The notes below the pieces were generated by a model. The model was not told the DNA's origin, ran no database searches, and saw only the letters and a list, made by a program, of their open reading frames with translations. The translations under genes and the position numbers were made by a program. From Ranitomeya imitator (lineage: Eukaryota), in the NCBI RefSeq assembly GCF_032444005.1, contig NC_091283.1, positions 27,032,001 to 27,096,000 on the forward strand: a stretch of DNA of 64,000 bases. The letters are read 5' to 3'. Positions 61,419 through 64,000 of the stretch are shown piece after piece; the first letter of the stretch is position 1, and each line of letters opens with the position of its first letter.

Positions 61419-62985
61419 CACTGCTCAAAAAAATAAAGGGAACACTTAAACAACAGAATATAACTAAAAGTAAATCAAACTTCTGTGAAATCAAACTGTC
61501 CACTTAGGAAGCAACACTGATTGACAATCAATTTCACATGCTGTTGTGCAAATGGAATAGACAACAGATGGAAATTATTGCCAATTATCAAGACACACTC
61601 AATAAAGGAATGGTTCTGCAGGTGGGGACCACAGACCACCTCTCAGTACCAATGCTTTCTAGCTGATGTTTTGGTCACTTGAACGTTGGTTGTGCTTTCA
61701 CACTAGTGCCAGCATGAGACGAACTCTACAACCCACACAAGTGGCTCAGGTAGTGTAGCTAATCCAGGATGGCACATCAATGCGAGCTGTGGCAAGGTTT
61801 TCCTGTGTCTGTCAGCGTAGTGTCCAGAGGCTGGAGGGGCTACCAGGAGACAGGCCAGTACACCAGGAGATGTAGAGAGGCCGTAGGAGGGCAACAACCC
61901 AGCAGCAGGACCGCTACCTCAGCATTTATGCAAGGAGGAGCAGGAGCACTGCCAGAGCCCTGCAAAATTACCTCCAGCAGGCCACAAATGTGCATGTGTC
62001 TGCACAAACGGTTAGAAACCAACTCCATGAGGATGGTCTGAGTGCCCGACGACCACAGATGGAGGCTGTGCTCACAGCCCAACACCGTGCAGGACACTTG
62101 GCATTTGCCACAGAACACCAGGAATGGCAAATTCGCCACTGGCACCCTGTGGTCTTCACAGATGAAAGCAGGTTCACACTGAGCACATGTGACAGACGTG
62201 AAAGAGTCTGGAGACGCTGTGGAGAGCGATCTGCTGCCTGCAACATCCTTCAGCATGAACGGTTTGGCCGTGGGTCAGTAATGGTGTAGGGTGGCATTTC
62301 TTTGGAGGGCCGCACAGCCCTCCATGTGCTCGCCAGAGGTAGCCTGACTACCAATAGGTACCGAGATGTAATCCTCAGACCCCTTGTGAGACCATAAGCT
62401 GGAGCGGTTGGCCCTGGGTTCCTCCTAATGCAGGACAATGCCAGACCTCATGTGGCTGGAGTGTGTCAGCAGTTCCTGCAAGATGAAGGCATTGAAGCTA
62501 TAGACTGGCCCATCCATTCCCCAGACCTGAAACTGATTGAGCACATCTGGGACATCATGTCTCACACCATCCATCAACATCACGTTGCACCAGACTGTCC
62601 AGAAGTTGTCGGATGCTTTAGTCCAGGTCTGGGAGATCCCTCAGGAGACCATCCGCCGCCTCATCAGGAGCATGTCCAGGCATTGTAGGGAGATCATACA
62701 GGCACGTGGAGGCCACACAAACTACTGGGCATCATTTCCTTGTCTTGAGGCATTTCCACTGAAGTTGGATCAGCCTGTAACTTCATTTTCCACTTTGATT
62801 TTGAGCATCATTCCATCTCCAGACCTCCGTGGGATATTAGTTGTGATTTATGCTGATCAAGCTTAGGTTTTATTATTCTCAATACATACCACTATGTAAT
62901 GAATAAAAATTTACAACCGGAATATTTCATTCAGTGATATCTAGGATGTGGGATTTTAGTGTTCCCTTTATTTTTTTGAGCAGTG
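61419..62985 (+). mobile_element. Tc1-like DD34E transposon, full-length but degenerate
   Basis: TA|cactgctcaaaaaaataaagggaacac ... gtgttccctttatttttttgagcagtg|TA. Peptides VFTDESRF and QDNARPH-...-LIE (34 aa spacing). Stops and frameshifts present. Confidence 0.92.
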
Positions 62986-63339
62986 TACATTACATAGGTT
63001 ACATTGTTACCGTTGTATACATCACAAAGGATACACTGTGATATGCTGTACATGTCACATAAGATACACCGAGTCTCTGCTATACACTTTACATAGAATA
63101 CACAGACTCTGCAGCACACATACCATAAGATACATTGAGACTCTGTTATATACATTATATAAGATTGGGGGAGTGCATAGAAATCATGGGTCCCCATAGC
63201 AGAAGTTCTAATTGGTTAACCGACCCCAAACAATAAATAATAAATATAAATTTTTGGCAGGGTCACAAATGAGCATATCTCACAACTTTGCAGCCTTTTC
63301 AAAGTAATTTTCATCCTACTGAAAACCTAGATTCCATGT

Positions 63340-64000
63340 TCATTCCACCCATAAAGTATGATGCCAACAAAAGTGCCCCACACAGCATGATACATAGCCC
63401 TCTATGAAGTATAAAGGCTCCCACATAGCCTTCCAAATACTACAATGGCCCCCACATAGCCCTCCAAATATAATGCCCGCCAACAGCCCTTCATATATTA
63501 TAACCCCCACATAGCCCTCCCTATGGTATAATGGGCCCCATAGTCCTCCACATTGTATGCTGCGCCCCATAATCCTCCATATAATGTACTGCATCCCAGT
63601 TTTCCAAACAGTATAATGTACTTTCCATAGTCCTCCATGCAGTACAATGCACCATAGTCCTCCATATAGTATAATGCACTCCCCAGTCTTCCATATATTA
63701 TACTGCACTCCCTATAGTCCTCCATACAGTATAATATACTCCTCGTAGTACTCCATACAGTATAATGCACTTCCCATAGTCCTCCATACAGTATAATAAA
63801 TTCCCCATAGTCCTCCATACAGGATAATGCACTTCCCATAGTCCTCCATACAGTATAATGAACTCCCCATACTCCTCCATGCAGTATAATGAACTCCCCA
63901 TAGTCCTTCATACAGTATAATGAACTCTCCATTTCTCCTCCATACAGTATAACGAACTCCCCATATTCCTTCATACAGTATAATGAACTCTCCATAGTCC
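63340..64000. repeat. Minisatellite of about 33 bp (ccatagtcctccatacagtataatgcact), running off the window end
   Basis: Tandem units read directly; they generate the repetitive ORFs at 63340-63995. Confidence 0.9.

Larger units (their letters stand above)
57880..63170. repeat. Long degenerate minisatellite of about 33 bp (tatacatcacataggatacactgagactgctg), interrupted by Helitrons and a Tc1
   Basis: Recurrent unit across 57880-58655, 60100-61416 and 62988-63170. Confidence 0.85.

Noticed and set aside
63340-63995. Repetitive ORFs (MEDYGEFIILYGG...)
   Set aside because: They are in-frame translations of a 33-bp minisatellite.
43349-64000. Upstream SYNGAP1 PH-domain exon (…CFACRSAAERDKW…KPNK)
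   Set aside because: It was not found on the minus strand by eye or in the ORF track, and is presumed to lie beyond the window (intron longer than 20 kb).

Overview
Vertebrate genomic DNA, very likely a frog. The repeat landscape (Tc1, piggyBac-like, Kolobok/T2, Harbinger and hAT MITEs, CR1/L2, Ngaro, chromoviral Gypsy, Helitron) looks anuran, but the species is only inferred. The single host gene is SYNGAP1 on the minus strand. Ten GT-AG, phase-consistent coding exons (2,717 nt) run from 43348 down to 9942 and encode C2, RasGAP and the C-terminal/coiled-coil region. They are separated by TE-packed introns, one of them about 27 kb. The upstream PH exons and the final exons were not found in the window. 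The main discovery is at 23892-26315, inside the 27-kb intron. It is a non-coding array of six 353-bp units, each carrying a complete type I hammerhead ribozyme: CUGAUGA/GAAA core, GUC cleavage site, UAC/U stem I bulge, 6-nt loop II and a palindromic short stem III. The array has an inverted 5' segment, no poly(A), and a 14-bp target-site duplication. This fits a retrozyme or newt satellite-2-like, Penelope-mobilised element that could yield 353-nt linear or circular RNAs. Three other sequence-unrelated insertions (7.9-8.2 kb, 48.5-49.3 kb, 49.5-56.0 kb) share the inverted-arm, hammerhead-proximal junction layout, and two of them also have 14-15 bp TSDs. All coordinates were read by hand; TE family names come from recalled family features, not from database searches.
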